Source of the DNA: Candidatus Bathyarchaeota archaeon
GTDB lineage: Archaea > Thermoproteota > Bathyarchaeia > Bathyarchaeales > Bathycorpusculaceae
Assembly (NCBI GenBank): GCA_963811105.1
Contig: CAWEPZ010000011.1
Coordinates: 384,001-448,000, forward strand
Reading direction: 5' to 3'
DNA: 64,000 nt
Under the pieces are notes generated by a model. It worked only from the letters and a program-made list of their open reading frames with translations. It made no database searches and was not told the DNA's origin. Positions within the stretch are counted from its first letter, which is position 1, and each line of letters begins with the position of its first letter. Both the position numbers and the translations under genes were made by a program. Positions 50,895 to 61,529 of the stretch are shown piece by piece.

Positions 50895-52188
50895 TTAGTC
50901 AAGGTGGTAGGCTTCTTCTCCATGTTGGCTAAAATCTAGTCCAACTTCTTCTTCTTTAGGACTCACACGTAAAGGAGAAATAAGGTCTACTAATCGGAGA
51001 AGTAAGTAAGATCCGGCAAACGCGAATGCAGATATAACTAACACTGCAATCACTTGAACTCCAAGCAAACCGGCGTTGCCATAGAATAATCCTTGAACGC
51101 CTGGATTAACCAAGGTGGTTGCAAATAGCCCTGCGGCCACCGCTCCGATAATGCCGCCAATTCCGTGGCAGGCAAAAACGTATAGTGTGTCGTCTATTCT
51201 TGATCTTCCAGCCCTCCAATTAGCTACTAGGTTTGAAATGATTCCGGCAACTAAACCAATAATGACTGCAGCCGTGAAATTAACGTAACCTGAAGCTGCT
51301 GTTATGGCTACTAAGCCACACACTGCACCCACGGCTATGCCTACTGCTGAAGGCTTGCCCTTAATTGTCCAGTCCAACAACATCCACCTTACAGCTGCCG
51401 CTGCTGCAGCCAAGTTAGTAACTACAACAGCTGAGACTGCGAGGCTACTTGATGCAAGTGCACTGCCGCCATTGAAGCCAAACCAGCCGAACCACAGCAA
51501 ACCTGCGCCTAAAATTACATAAGGAATGTTTGTAGGCTTAAACTCACTCCCCATAGGAATTGTTTTATTTTCACCTTTCTGATCTAAGGCTTTAAGTTGA
51601 TCTTTCCAGTAAACACAGCCTTTCCTTCTGCCGACTACCACCGCTGCTGCCAAAGCGAACAATCCTGCAGCTACATGTACGACTATTCCACCCGCAAAAT
51701 CAACAGCGCCAAGGACATGTAACCAGCCGTTAACGTTCCATATCCAGTGGGCAATGGGTGAGTAAATGAGGGTTGACCACAAAACTACGAAGATTAGCAA
51801 AGATTTGAAACGGATTCTTTCTGCAGACGCGCCAATAATAAGTGCGGGTGTGATTGCCGCAAACTTCAACTGAAATGCAAAGAACAGTATGGCCGGGATG
51901 GTTGGTGCGTAGGGCTAATTGTGTTTATGCTTATACTGTTTAATCCGAAAAAAGAAAGATTGCCTATTATTCCGCCTACGCTTGGTCCGTAAACGAGGCT
52001 ATAACCCCAAAAAAACCAGACAAGACTGACTACCGCAAAGATGATGATGCATTGGACAAGTGTTGAAACAAGGTTTTTTCTTCGAACTAAGCCACCGCAA
52101 AAGAAGGCTAGAGCTGGTGTCATCAGCATAACAAGAGCTGTGGACATTAGAACCCATGCAATATCTGCTGGTTGGATTGCAGAGACAT
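50895..52188 (-). pseudogene. amt: Ammonium transporter pseudogene (frameshifted duplicate)
   Basis: Split over ORFs 51866-52318 and 50895-51869; frameshift near 51912; ATG 52188 out of frame; substitutions such as DDTLYVF vs DDTLDVF. Confidence 0.85.
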
Positions 52189-52491
52189 TTGTTCCCTCAA
52201 TGACCTCAGTGTAGCTTATTTGTTCTTGCAAATTGGCAAAACTAATATTTAAACTATGCATTCGCACTGATAACAAGGTTATTTTTGGATAAATGCGCAG
52301 TGAAGAGCATAGATGCACTGCAATATTTCAACAACTTGTTGAAATAGAATATTTATTTGAAAGACCGTCCAAAAATAACTCACCAAATGTTAACATATCC
52401 AAACGTTTTGGAAAAATAAGATTGCGAATCAGCTATTGCTGAAACAAAGAAAAGAATAAGTTTTCCTAGCCTTAGTTAGATATCGCTCAGC

Positions 52492-53781
52492 CTAATCGAG
52501 ATGGTATGCTTCTTCCCCGTGTTCACTAAGGTCTAAACCTGCGTCTTCTGCTTCTTCGCTAACTCTCAAGGGTGAGAATATGTTCACCAATCTAAGCAGC
52601 AAGTAGGAACCAAAGAAAGCAAATGGTACCACCACGCCAATTGCTACTAACTGAGCAACCAGTTGACCCGGGTTTCCGAATAGCAGGCCGTTAACCCCTG
52701 GGACTGTTGCTGACACGCTGATCGCTGCTGAGGCGAAGAGTCCGGTTGCGATTGAACCCCAGAGGCCCCCAACACCATGACATGCAAATACATCTAAGGT
52801 ATCGTCAATTCGTGATCTGCCTGCTCTCCAGTTGGCTACCAAGTTCGAGATAACACCTGCTGCTAAACCGATGATTAAAGCTGACGATACGCTTACGTAG
52901 CCTGCTGCAGGCGTAATTGCGACTAATCCAACAACTCCTCCAACAGCAATACCTACTGCGGACGGTTTCCCTTTTATTAGCCAATCAGATAGCATCCAAC
53001 TTACAGCCGAAGCTGCCGCTGCCAAGTTGGTAACTACAAGCGCTGAGACAGCTAAGTCGTTTGCAGCTAACGCACTTCCAGCGTTGAAGCCAAACCACCC
53101 AAACCACAATAACGCGGCGCCTAGCAATACGTAGGGGATGTTGGTTGGCTTGAACTCGACTGCCTGATTCTTCTGGTCGAGAGTTTTCATGTGGCTCTGC
53201 CATGGAATTGCGCATCCTTTTCGCCTACCTATAACTAGAGCTGCTGCCAAAGCTGAAATGCCTGCTGAAATATGTACAACTATGCCGCCTGCAAAGTCGA
53301 TGGCGCCGAAAGCTCGGAGCCAGCCGCTTGGGTTCCAGACCCAGTGAGCTATAGGCACGTAAATGAGTGTAGACCAAAGTACCATAAAAACAAGGAGGGA
53401 TCTAAAACGGATTCTTTCCGCACATGCGCCTATTATTAGGGCAGGAGTGATTGCGGCAAACTTTAGTTGGAAGGCGAAATATAATAGTTCGGGTATGCCT
53501 GGGGCAAGTGCTGAGTTGACCGAGTGTATACCTATATTGTTCATGCCTAGTAAGCCTTGGCTGTAGCCGATTATGCCATTGATGCTGTTGCCGAACACTA
53601 AGCTGTATCCCCAGAGTGCCCAGACAATACTTATGACCGCGAATATCACAAAGCATTGGACAATTGTTGATACGAGGTTTTTTCTCCGAACTAGACCTCC
53701 GTAGAAAAATCCTAGTGCTGGTGTCATCAGCATAACTAATGCTGTTGCCGTTAATACCCACGCTATGTCTCCTGCCGCCAT
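52492..53781 (-). CDS. amt: Ammonium transporter Amt
   Basis: DFAGGIVVH, LWFGWFGFNAGS, DDTLDVFACHG, GLDLSEHGEEAY. Confidence 0.97.
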   Translation of the reverse strand: MAAGDIAWVLTATALVMLMTPALGFFYGGLVRRKNLVSTIVQCFVIFAVISIVWALWGYSLVFGNSINGIIGYSQGLLGMNNIGIHSVNSALAPGIPELLYFAFQLKFAAITPALIIGACAERIRFRSLLVFMVLWSTLIYVPIAHWVWNPSGWLRAFGAIDFAGGIVVHISAGISALAAALVIGRRKGCAIPWQSHMKTLDQKNQAVEFKPTNIPYVLLGAALLWFGWFGFNAGSALAANDLAVSALVVTNLAAAASAVSWMLSDWLIKGKPSAVGIAVGGVVGLVAITPAAGYVSVSSALIIGLAAGVISNLVANWRAGRSRIDDTLDVFACHGVGGLWGSIATGLFASAAISVSATVPGVNGLLFGNPGQLVAQLVAIGVVVPFAFFGSYLLLRLVNIFSPLRVSEEAEDAGLDLSEHGEEAYHLD

Positions 53782-54264
53782 ACTTCATCTTTCTCCATTC
53801 GACATTTGTTGAATACTTAATTTTTAACCTGTACACTTATCGTGAGCTTATATTTAAAATATACGCATATGAAACATATTTACATTTTATTTTACTCGTT
53901 TGTTTATTTTAACAATTGATTCCACACTATTCATCCGATTTTTCAAACAAACAATCTCCGTTATTAAAAAAATGTCCAAGAATGACATTGTGAACGGGTG
54001 TTTGGAAGCTATGGAAAAACAGGTTTCTAATTGGCTTCTGCACAAATTTACAGATTTAAGTCAAAATAATGGATAAAATTAGCATTCTACTAATTTAAAA
54101 TTTAGAATTACTCATTAAAAAATCAACTGTTTGACAAATCCCGTTGAGTTGGTCCAATTTTGTTTTAACCATTCATTTAACATAATAAAGCCACACCTTG
54201 AGCCTGACTGCCGTTACATTTTTATGCGAATCGTGATCAAAACTACGTATTTGGGGAATGTTTA

Positions 54265-54879
54265 CTGGATTTCGCGACAGAATTAGCTAAAGCCGTTATA
54301 GCGCTGTTTATCATAGTTGACCCGCTTGGCGACATTCCCATCTTTGTAGGTTTAACTGATAAGGTGCCAGAAGCCCAGAAAAGAAAAGTCTACAACACCG
54401 CAACACTCATTGGTTTCATTCTGCTTCTTGTTTTTGCATTCACTGGTCAAGGGATTTTAACAATTTTTGGATTATCAATTTTTAGTTTCGAGGTTGCAGG
54501 CGGCATTTTACTGCTCATTATTGCTATTAGAATCCTGATTTCAGGCAGCATGCATGAGAATGTTGAATCTCCAGAAAGCATTGGTGCGGTTCCAATCGCA
54601 ATCCCACTTCTCGTAGGACCTGGAGCTATTACCACAACCATATTTAACCTTCAAGCTTATGGTACCGTAATAGCGATTGTTGCAGTTTTAGTTGTGTTAA
54701 CTTTAACCTGGGTAATTCTAAGATACATAAATGGCATTTACAAGTTTTTAGGCAAAACAGGCTCCTCGGTAATAGCAAGAGTTATGGCACTGCTCATTGC
54801 TGCAATAGCAATTCAGTACATTTTGACCGGTGTTACTCATTTTCCGTTTGTAGCTCACCTTGTCTTAAGTATTTTTTAA
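54265..54879 (+). CDS. MarC family membrane protein
   Basis: In-frame LFIIVDPLGDIPIF upstream of the ORF-track start; AGGILL and PIAIPLLVGPGAI; start uncertain (CTG 54265). Confidence 0.88.
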   Translation: MDFATELAKAVIALFIIVDPLGDIPIFVGLTDKVPEAQKRKVYNTATLIGFILLLVFAFTGQGILTIFGLSIFSFEVAGGILLLIIAIRILISGSMHENVESPESIGAVPIAIPLLVGPGAITTTIFNLQAYGTVIAIVAVLVVLTLTWVILRYINGIYKFLGKTGSSVIARVMALLIAAIAIQYILTGVTHFPFVAHLVLSIF

Positions 54880-55285
54880 GAAACCAAGTACATTAAAATT
54901 CTAAAAATGGGAATTATAGATACTCCTATCGTGTGGAAATTTAACTCATAACGTGAACAAAAACTAAAGATTCTCTACACCAGATTCTGCAAAACCTAAA
55001 ACATGCCCAAGAACTAATCACCTCACCAGTTTTACCACACTCAGGTCCTAGCTGACCTTAACGAAGTATGTTAAGACTTGAAGATAGAATTAATAACTTA
55101 ATATTTGTTGATTTTCAATGGTTTCATCACTTGAAAGCATCGTTGAACGGCTATTTTTTAGAAGAGCCAAAATAACAAATACTCAAACCTAACAATAGAT
55201 GCAATGTTACTCCCTAAAATTGCCCGAGTTAAAGTCGAAAATAAAAAAATTGATATGCCAAATTTGGCTTAAACTGGTTTTGACT

Positions 55286-55699
55286 CTAAGTTTTTGATTT
55301 CTTGCTAAAATACTTTTTAAGAGGGTCCCAATACCACTCTATCCAGCCCTCAGTAGTATCCTTGGCCTGATCTTCAGGAATGTTAGAGTGCACCATTACA
55401 AGTTCTGTTCCTCCAGGAACAACATTGAAACATAGCTCTAACTTAGATGGCTCCGCACCTTTTGGAAAATCAGTCGAAGTCCATTCTTGAACAACTCGTT
55501 TTCCATCGTCAAGTTCTAAGTATTTGCCAAAAATGTACCCATCCCAAGCGGTAAAATTGCCGCCGACTACTGCTTTTCCAGTGGCTTTACTACCTGTGAA
55601 TTTACTGTGTTTTTTCGGGTCAACATAGGCATCGTAAACTTCTTTTGGAGAGGCTTGAATAATCACTTTTTGTTTTATTGTTGTAACTTTTGTGTTCAT
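55286..55699 (-). CDS. SRPBCC/AHA1-like domain protein
   Basis: ASPKEVYDAY, GGNFTAWDGYIFG, VVQEW, GW..WYW. Confidence 0.88.
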   Translation of the reverse strand: MNTKVTTIKQKVIIQASPKEVYDAYVDPKKHSKFTGSKATGKAVVGGNFTAWDGYIFGKYLELDDGKRVVQEWTSTDFPKGAEPSKLELCFNVVPGGTELVMVHSNIPEDQAKDTTEGWIEWYWDPLKKYFSKKSKT

Positions 55700-55769
55700 A
55701 AAAGGTCACTGCTAAACTAGTTGTCGGAAGGGTTTTTTAACTTTAAGGTTTAATTAACTGTGAGCAAAA

Positions 55770-55976
55770 ATGGGAAGATGCACGGTCACTAAAGGTCAGC
55801 GCAGAATAGGAAGAACAATACGTAAACTTGAAGGCAGCGTAGAGCTTAGCGCAAAAGAAAGTAAAGCAAAAATGGCAGAGATAGATTACAAACAAAAAAA
55901 TCAAGCTGCTGCCGATTACAAGGATGATTCGCCAGTTCAGAACCTGCGTGACCCAGCCCAGTGGAAAAAAAAATAA
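55770..55976 (+). CDS. Small basic hypothetical protein
   Basis: 68-aa ATG ORF with upstream TTTAA/TTAAT boxes. Confidence 0.5.
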   Translation: MGRCTVTKGQRRIGRTIRKLEGSVELSAKESKAKMAEIDYKQKNQAAADYKDDSPVQNLRDPAQWKKK

Positions 55977-56135
55977 CAAATAATTTTGCAAACAATTTTG
56001 TTTTTTATAGAATGCGTTATCGAAAGTAACGCTTGAATTTCACAAGAATTCTATGGAACATGTAGATCTACTCAATCTCAAGGTGCTTTAAGTTTTTTAA
56101 CTTGAAAATGCATATAGTATTGATGTGAAATTTCT

Positions 56136-56495
56136 ATGTCAGCTTCTTTAGATGTTGATAGTGATTGGAATTTTAGAGTTTTTGATAAACGCTTGGTTAT
56201 TGTCAAAACTAAAAATGAAAGCGCTCATAAAGTGGCTGTTTTAGACGTTTTAACGAACTTGACATTCGCGGTTGAGGTGCCAGATACGGTTACGATTCAA
56301 GATCTCATTTCTGGCAAAGAGTATTTGGTTAATTTGAGAGTTTACACTTCAAAGGATATTAAAGGCGTAGATAGTAATTTTATAGATTTTTTTGAAGTTA
56401 TAGATGTTGACCAAAGCATTGAAGATTTCATTAAAGCATACTGGATTTACCCCAGCAAAATACGTTTTGAATTAGTGGATATAGAAGAGCCATAG
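56136..56495 (+). CDS. Hypothetical protein
   Basis: 119-aa ORF ending next to the ftsY stop. Confidence 0.65.
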   Translation: MSASLDVDSDWNFRVFDKRLVIVKTKNESAHKVAVLDVLTNLTFAVEVPDTVTIQDLISGKEYLVNLRVYTSKDIKGVDSNFIDFFEVIDVDQSIEDFIKAYWIYPSKIRFELVDIEEP

Positions 56496-56497
56496 TT

Positions 56498-57403
56498 TCA
56501 TCGCAATATCATGTTTACGAATTTTTCAGGGTTAAACAGTTCCAAATCCTTGTAAGTTTGTCCTACCCCTATGAATAGAATTGGTTTTTGGGTAACGTAA
56601 GTAACGCTTAAAGCGGAACCGCCTTTCACGTCAGCATCCACCTTCGTTAAAATTGTTGCATCTATGCCGACGGCTTTGTTGAATTCTTCCGCCTGCTGGA
56701 CTGCGTCGTTGCCAATCAATGAGTCCACCGTGAATATAGTTAAGTCGGGGCGAACGACGCGTTTGACTTTGATCAATTCATTCATTAAATTTTGATTTGT
56801 CTGCATTCTGCCTGCTGTGTCAATCAATACTATGTTAATTCCGTGGGCCTTCGCATGGCTTACAGCGTCGTAAGCCACTGCGGCAGGGTCGCCGCCATAA
56901 TCGCTTCTGATTACGCGCATTCCTAAACGTTTTCCATGTTCCTCCAGCTGCTCAATTGAGCCGGCACGGTAAGTATCAGCACATGCAAGAACAACAGAGT
57001 AATTTTTGTTTCGGAAAAACTGTGCAACTTTGGCTATGGTTGTGGTTTTTCCTGTTCCGTTGATCCCCACAAACATTAAGGTAAATGTCTCTTTGTTTTT
57101 TCGTTTCTCTTCTGCCATTTTAAGCAAATCAATTTGTTTGTTGGTGAGCATTACTTCTAGTAGAACCGCTCGGAGGTTTTCTTCAACGATTTTTTTGCGG
57201 TCCTCCAGGCGCTTAACTTGAACACCGACCAAGCGCTTTTCAAGGTCATCGCTGATTTTTTCTGATACTGGAAAAGCAACATCGTTTTCGCACAAACTCA
57301 TTCTGAATTCTGATAAAATAGGGTTTAAGTTTTCAGTTTTAAGTTCCGTTGTCGTAACTTTATTTACTAATCCTTTGAAACCTGACTTGAGCTTCTCAAA
57401 CAT
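56498..57403 (-). CDS. ftsY: SRP receptor FtsY
   Basis: GINGTGKTTT, DTYRAG, DTAGR, TKVD, KGG; ATG at 57403. Confidence 0.97.
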   Translation of the reverse strand: MFEKLKSGFKGLVNKVTTTELKTENLNPILSEFRMSLCENDVAFPVSEKISDDLEKRLVGVQVKRLEDRKKIVEENLRAVLLEVMLTNKQIDLLKMAEEKRKNKETFTLMFVGINGTGKTTTIAKVAQFFRNKNYSVVLACADTYRAGSIEQLEEHGKRLGMRVIRSDYGGDPAAVAYDAVSHAKAHGINIVLIDTAGRMQTNQNLMNELIKVKRVVRPDLTIFTVDSLIGNDAVQQAEEFNKAVGIDATILTKVDADVKGGSALSVTYVTQKPILFIGVGQTYKDLELFNPEKFVNMILR

Positions 57404-57407
57404 CGCT

Positions 57408-57845
57408 TCAAGGTTTCCCTTCTCTGGCTGAAGCAAGCAAAGTTTCAAGTCTAGTTCTACCCGAGTTTATTCGTTCAGCCACCTGACTGAATTGTTGCTG
57501 AGCGACATTCATAGTTTTTTCTAGTTCATCCAATCGCTCTTTTAGGGTTGTTTTTGCATCAACCAAACTCTTCTCTACTGATACTCCAGCACCCATGCCT
57601 ACAATAATCTTGTCAGTATCTAAAATTTTTGTTTTAATATAAGCGCTTCCGCCTATTGGAACCAAAAGTTCAGCATTTTCTTTTTCCTTTTCAATTCCTT
57701 CCAAAGTCATATTAGCATAAGTTAGATCATTAACTGCAGCATTGACCATGTTAATTCTTTGCTGTAAGGTTTCTGCAGTTTGCTCTAGATAGCGCATTTC
57801 CATGCTGAGTTTGCGAAGTTCTTCTTCTGCTTTGCTAACTGCCAA
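57408..57845 (-). CDS. pfdA: Prefoldin alpha subunit
   Basis: ELLVPIGGSAY...IVGMGAGVSVEK; likely TTG start at 57845. Confidence 0.95.
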   Translation of the reverse strand: MAVSKAEEELRKLSMEMRYLEQTAETLQQRINMVNAAVNDLTYANMTLEGIEKEKENAELLVPIGGSAYIKTKILDTDKIIVGMGAGVSVEKSLVDAKTTLKERLDELEKTMNVAQQQFSQVAERINSGRTRLETLLASAREGKP

Positions 57846-57849
57846 TTGT

Positions 57850-58077
57850 TTATGCCTCCGCTGCAATTTTCTTTAGAATTGGATTTTCGATTTGGTCAGG
57901 AGTGATTTCTTTTACAGAACTTATTTTTATGTGGCATCTTTTAACTCTGTGTCTGCTGCCTATTTCGGCATAAACCTTCTCGACTGCATGCTCGCTTTTG
58001 TCAGCTAACAGTTCTCTTACGAAGGGAGTTGCTAATCTTGGCTTGTTGATTTCGCCGGTTACTTTGAAAGCTTTCAT
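57850..58077 (-). CDS. rpl18a: 50S ribosomal protein eL20 (L18Ae/LX)
   Basis: AVEKVYAEIGSRHRVKR; conserved context. Confidence 0.92.
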   Translation of the reverse strand: MKAFKVTGEINKPRLATPFVRELLADKSEHAVEKVYAEIGSRHRVKRCHIKISSVKEITPDQIENPILKKIAAEA

Positions 58078-58757
58078 TTTTTATCTTCCTGCACAACATC
58101 CAGCGCATTCCCAATAATAAACATCTCGGGTCCTGTTGTCATAGAACCAGCCACTGCAGCATGAGAATTAGCAAGTAAGCCTGTTCCAACGTAGGGGACT
58201 CCACAGTTGATTGTGCCTACATCGATTGGGACCTTGAAGATGTTTTCTAAGATTTCTCTTTCTTCATCTTTTAGCATTGGGTGAGCTAAGACCCCTTTGT
58301 TAGTTGCGACAGCTAAGGCGCCTACGTAAGGTAACCCTGCTATTTCTGTTGGCACAACTTCAACGCCGAGAGTTTCAGAGATTTTTTTTATTTCCGCGGG
58401 CTTAAAGCGTGGATCAATTATTGCTCCTTTGTCGTTGGCCAAAACGAGGTTGCCGTAAGCTGTCTTTTTTGTTTCCATAATGGTGATCTGCCCTTCAAAA
58501 GCTTCTTTGATTTGTGTTAATTCTTCTTCACGGATAAAACTTGGAAGTAGCATTCCGTTTGAGTTTGCGCATACCAATGAGCCTGCAAGAACTGAGCCTC
58601 CGATTGCTGTGTAAATAAGATTGACTTTTAGCCAGTCGACGTATTCTTGGGCTTTTTCTCTGGGAACCATTCTTGGAATGATCACTATGTTTTCTGTTGC
58701 TAATGCATAAACGCCGATGCTTGGGCTTCCGACTATGCTGGATAAGTATACGGTCAA
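58074..58757 (-). CDS. eif6: Translation initiation factor aIF6
   Basis: IGVY, ANSNG, GNLVLANDKG, GTINCG, G..TTGPE. Confidence 0.96.
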   Translation of the reverse strand: MTVYLSSIVGSPSIGVYALATENIVIIPRMVPREKAQEYVDWLKVNLIYTAIGGSVLAGSLVCANSNGMLLPSFIREEELTQIKEAFEGQITIMETKKTAYGNLVLANDKGAIIDPRFKPAEIKKISETLGVEVVPTEIAGLPYVGALAVATNKGVLAHPMLKDEEREILENIFKVPIDVGTINCGVPYVGTGLLANSHAAVAGSMTTGPEMFIIGNALDVVQEDKK

Positions 58758-59149
58758 GAATTTAGCTCTCCTGATGATGAGTGTTAATGGCGAAGTTCAT
58801 GCATACTCCTTTTTTTAGATTGTGGTCAGCTTATACAATTAAAACTTGGTAATCGTTAGCGAAAACGCTCTTCGTTTCGTTCAAATGCAACATAAAACGT
58901 GTAAAAGTGAATGCTGTCGAGGCTTTTCTTGGTGATTTAGCACTATCCACACGATTTTTTCAAACTTCGTTAAAAATTTTTAAACATACTCAAACTGAAC
59001 TTGTAAACAAATCTAATATTGAATCCAAAAAGCAACCCAAAACAACAAATTCAAAACTTTGCTTTAAACTCATCAAGAATTGATATTTCATGAAACTAAA
59101 GAGTTAAAATATTAGTATATGTAGAGAAGATTAAAATATATTAAGAAAT

Positions 59150-59620
59150 TTATTTGGCTTCAGCCAAGTATACGGTTACGTTGCCGTCTTTGTCTTTTGC
59201 GGCTCGAACACGAATCTTTCGTGGAGGTTTTTTTATGCCTTTGTTCCAGATCTTCTCGTTAACTTCCTTGCTAATTATAAGCTGGGGTAACTCTTCTTCT
59301 TCCTCTTCTTCTGAAACCTTCATTTCAAGTTTCATGTGTTTAGTTACGAAAATTTTAAGCAGTTGCATTGCTCGTGGGGCGCGTTTCTTAGGCGGTCTAA
59401 CCAGTGCTCTTGATAAAGGAATAGTGTAGGTTCTTTCTTCAACTATCTCTTCTTCCTCTTTCTTTTTCTTTGGCTTGGCTTCCTCTTTTTCTGCTGGAGT
59501 TTCCTCTTTTGAAGCACCCTCTGAAGGTTTTTGTTCTTCAACATTTTCCTCTTCAGTTAGGTCGGGCATTTCTATTTCGTCTTCAGTTTTCTTCGCTTCT
59601 TCTTTGCCTTCTATGACCAT
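59150..59620 (-). CDS. rpl31e: 50S ribosomal protein eL31 with acidic extension
   Basis: ERTYTIPL..KRAPRA..VNEKIW.KGI.KPPRKIRV. Confidence 0.95.
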   Translation of the reverse strand: MVIEGKEEAKKTEDEIEMPDLTEEENVEEQKPSEGASKEETPAEKEEAKPKKKKEEEEIVEERTYTIPLSRALVRPPKKRAPRAMQLLKIFVTKHMKLEMKVSEEEEEEELPQLIISKEVNEKIWNKGIKKPPRKIRVRAAKDKDGNVTVYLAEAK

Positions 59621-59633
59621 TACTTACATTCTC

Positions 59634-59792
59634 CTATGCCTTAATTTTCCTGGTTCGCCAGTTTCGTCTTTGTTTAGGGTTATTCCTAACTTTGCCGTCA
59701 GTTCGGGCAATTACCCATGTTGGAACACCTGCTGCTTCTTTCCCAGCTTTAGCTAGCCGAAGTTTTTTTGCTGTAGGTTTTACTCGCGCCAT
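59634..59792 (-). CDS. rpl39e: 50S ribosomal protein eL39 (absent from ORF track)
   Basis: [52 protein letters not shown]. Confidence 0.95.
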   Translation of the reverse strand: MARVKPTAKKLRLAKAGKEAAGVPTWVIARTDGKVRNNPKQRRNWRTRKIKA

Positions 59793-59797
59793 TCTTT

Positions 59798-60127
59798 TCA
59801 TATCCTTCTAATTGTTGTTTCTCGCTTCCGTGATTGAAGCTGAATTAATATTTGCTTAAGATGAGCATCTGACAACGGAATCGGCAACTTGCCGGTTTGT
59901 GCCAATTCAATCAGCTGCATTTCTATCTGCTCAGAAAACTCAGCTTTAACCATCTTCAGGTTATTTAGCCTTTGCCGAGCTTCAGGCGTCATTATCTTAT
60001 TAAGAAACGCCTGTTTTTGAGCTTCTAGTTGCTGTTCTGCCTGAGATTGTCTTTGCTCGTCACCGACTCTTTGCTGTAGCGACGAGAGTTTGCGTTTACG
60101 GATTTGGTCAAGCTCGTCATCTGACAT
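59798..60127 (-). CDS. PDCD5-related DNA-binding protein
   Basis: [28 protein letters not shown]. Confidence 0.93.
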   Translation of the reverse strand: MSDDELDQIRKRKLSSLQQRVGDEQRQSQAEQQLEAQKQAFLNKIMTPEARQRLNNLKMVKAEFSEQIEMQLIELAQTGKLPIPLSDAHLKQILIQLQSRKRETTIRRI

Positions 60128-60132
60128 TGCTA

Positions 60133-60597
60133 CTATTCGCCCTGATATTTCTTGAGCTCGGGGATAGTTTTAACTATTTCCTTAAGCAAATCTCCAGCAA
60201 CTTCTTGAAGAAGCTTCCGACCTTTAGGCGTCATCTTTCGTCCTTGAGGCTTTGTAGTTTGAACTAAACCAGCAGTCTCCAGTTGCTGAAGAATCTTGCG
60301 GATATTACTTCCGCCAGCTTTAACAACATGATCCTTTTTAACCCCATTATTTTTTCGTCCGCCATAATCTGCACGCAGTTTTTCTAAGCCAATAGGACCG
60401 TGAACGTAAACTTTTCGAAGCACAGATGCACTCCGAGTATACCACCAATTTGGGTTCTGAGGCTGTTTTTCAACGTGATTACCTGTTTTAGCAAAAGCGG
60501 CCCATGGAAGAGGCTGAACTTCATCAACGTTTTCTTTGAGGTATCTGGCCAAACGGTCTATGAATTTTGAAGCTGGAACATCATGAGGGGTAGTCAA
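60133..60597 (-). CDS. rps19e: 30S ribosomal protein eS19
   Basis: WWYTRSASVLRKVY..GPIG..LR..YGG..IRKILQQLE. Confidence 0.97.
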   Translation of the reverse strand: MTTPHDVPASKFIDRLARYLKENVDEVQPLPWAAFAKTGNHVEKQPQNPNWWYTRSASVLRKVYVHGPIGLEKLRADYGGRKNNGVKKDHVVKAGGSNIRKILQQLETAGLVQTTKPQGRKMTPKGRKLLQEVAGDLLKEIVKTIPELKKYQGE

Positions 60598-60780
60598 GAT
60601 TAATTCTTATCCTTTGTTTTTCCTTGCACTAAAACAATGAAGCCCAATATAAATATTACACCGTTGAAAAAGTTAAAGAAGAGAGTTCAGTTAATGTGAT
60701 TATTCTATTGTCATTTCTACCCGAAAGTGGTAAGTGCGAGGCAATCATTTAAGTAAAACCAATAATCAGTCTGCCTTTTG

Positions 60781-61089
60781 CTAAATTTTGGGTTCAGCTT
60801 CAGATTCAACCTTGCGCTTCCTGAAAAGAATGAACACATGACCTCTAACTTCGACCAAAGCAGCGTTCGTTTGTTCAGCCGCTTTAGCCGCTATTACTTG
60901 TGCAGTTATATCATCAAGCAAAGCTGCTGGCAAAATTTTTACCTTAACCATCTTGTTTTTCTGCAGTTGCTTCTCAATTTCACTTACCAACTGGGAAGTC
61001 AAGCCATCCTTACCGACCCAAATGGTTGGATTCTCGTCTTTCAATAAGTGCCTAACGTGACGCTTCATTCGAGTTGTTATCTTGCTCAA
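60781..61089 (-). CDS. YhbY/CRM RNA-binding protein
   Basis: PTIWVGKDGLT...MVKVKIL...VRGHVFILFR. Confidence 0.92.
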   Translation of the reverse strand: MSKITTRMKRHVRHLLKDENPTIWVGKDGLTSQLVSEIEKQLQKNKMVKVKILPAALLDDITAQVIAAKAAEQTNAALVEVRGHVFILFRKRKVESEAEPKI

Positions 61090-61411
61090 GTTCTTTTTGC
61101 TCCTTTTTCTTTTCTAACATTATACGGGTTTGATTGCCGCAGTCTAAGCAGGTTATTACAACATGAGGCTCCCTTTTCTGCTTTACCCTAACCCGACAAT
61201 TAGAACCGTGGACTAGCAGAGCATTGCAATTTTTACAAGTTTGCCGTTTGAATTCAAGGGGTAGGCGTATTTTTGCTGCCATGGCAATTCGTCGTGCAGA
61301 TTTGACATATTGTGTAGCTAATTTGGGATTTGTTTTGGAGATCGTCTTTGCTTGTGCAAAGAGTATTAGTATACGTTGTCTTGCTATCTGCTTAATGTTG
61401 GTTTGTTTCAT
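61052..61411 (-). CDS. rnp4: RNase P protein component 4 (Rpp21)
   Basis: IARQRI..L..A; CKNC and CLDCG zinc motifs. Confidence 0.93.
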   Translation of the reverse strand: MKQTNIKQIARQRILILFAQAKTISKTNPKLATQYVKSARRIAMAAKIRLPLEFKRQTCKNCNALLVHGSNCRVRVKQKREPHVVITCLDCGNQTRIMLEKKKEQKELEQDNNSNEASR

Positions 61412-61529
61412 CAGCCAGAAGGTAACAGAGCTTACACATAATACTTGTGCCTATCCTGAGGCAAAGTGGAGGGCATTGCATTTTCGGGGTTTTTTTTGGT
61501 CTGTGTTTTTTGCTGTTTTTTTATTCGGA

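Noticed and set aside
54960-55070. Minus-strand PECGKTGEV zinc-ribbon-like remnant
   Set aside because: Too short, no start or second Cys pair in a clean frame
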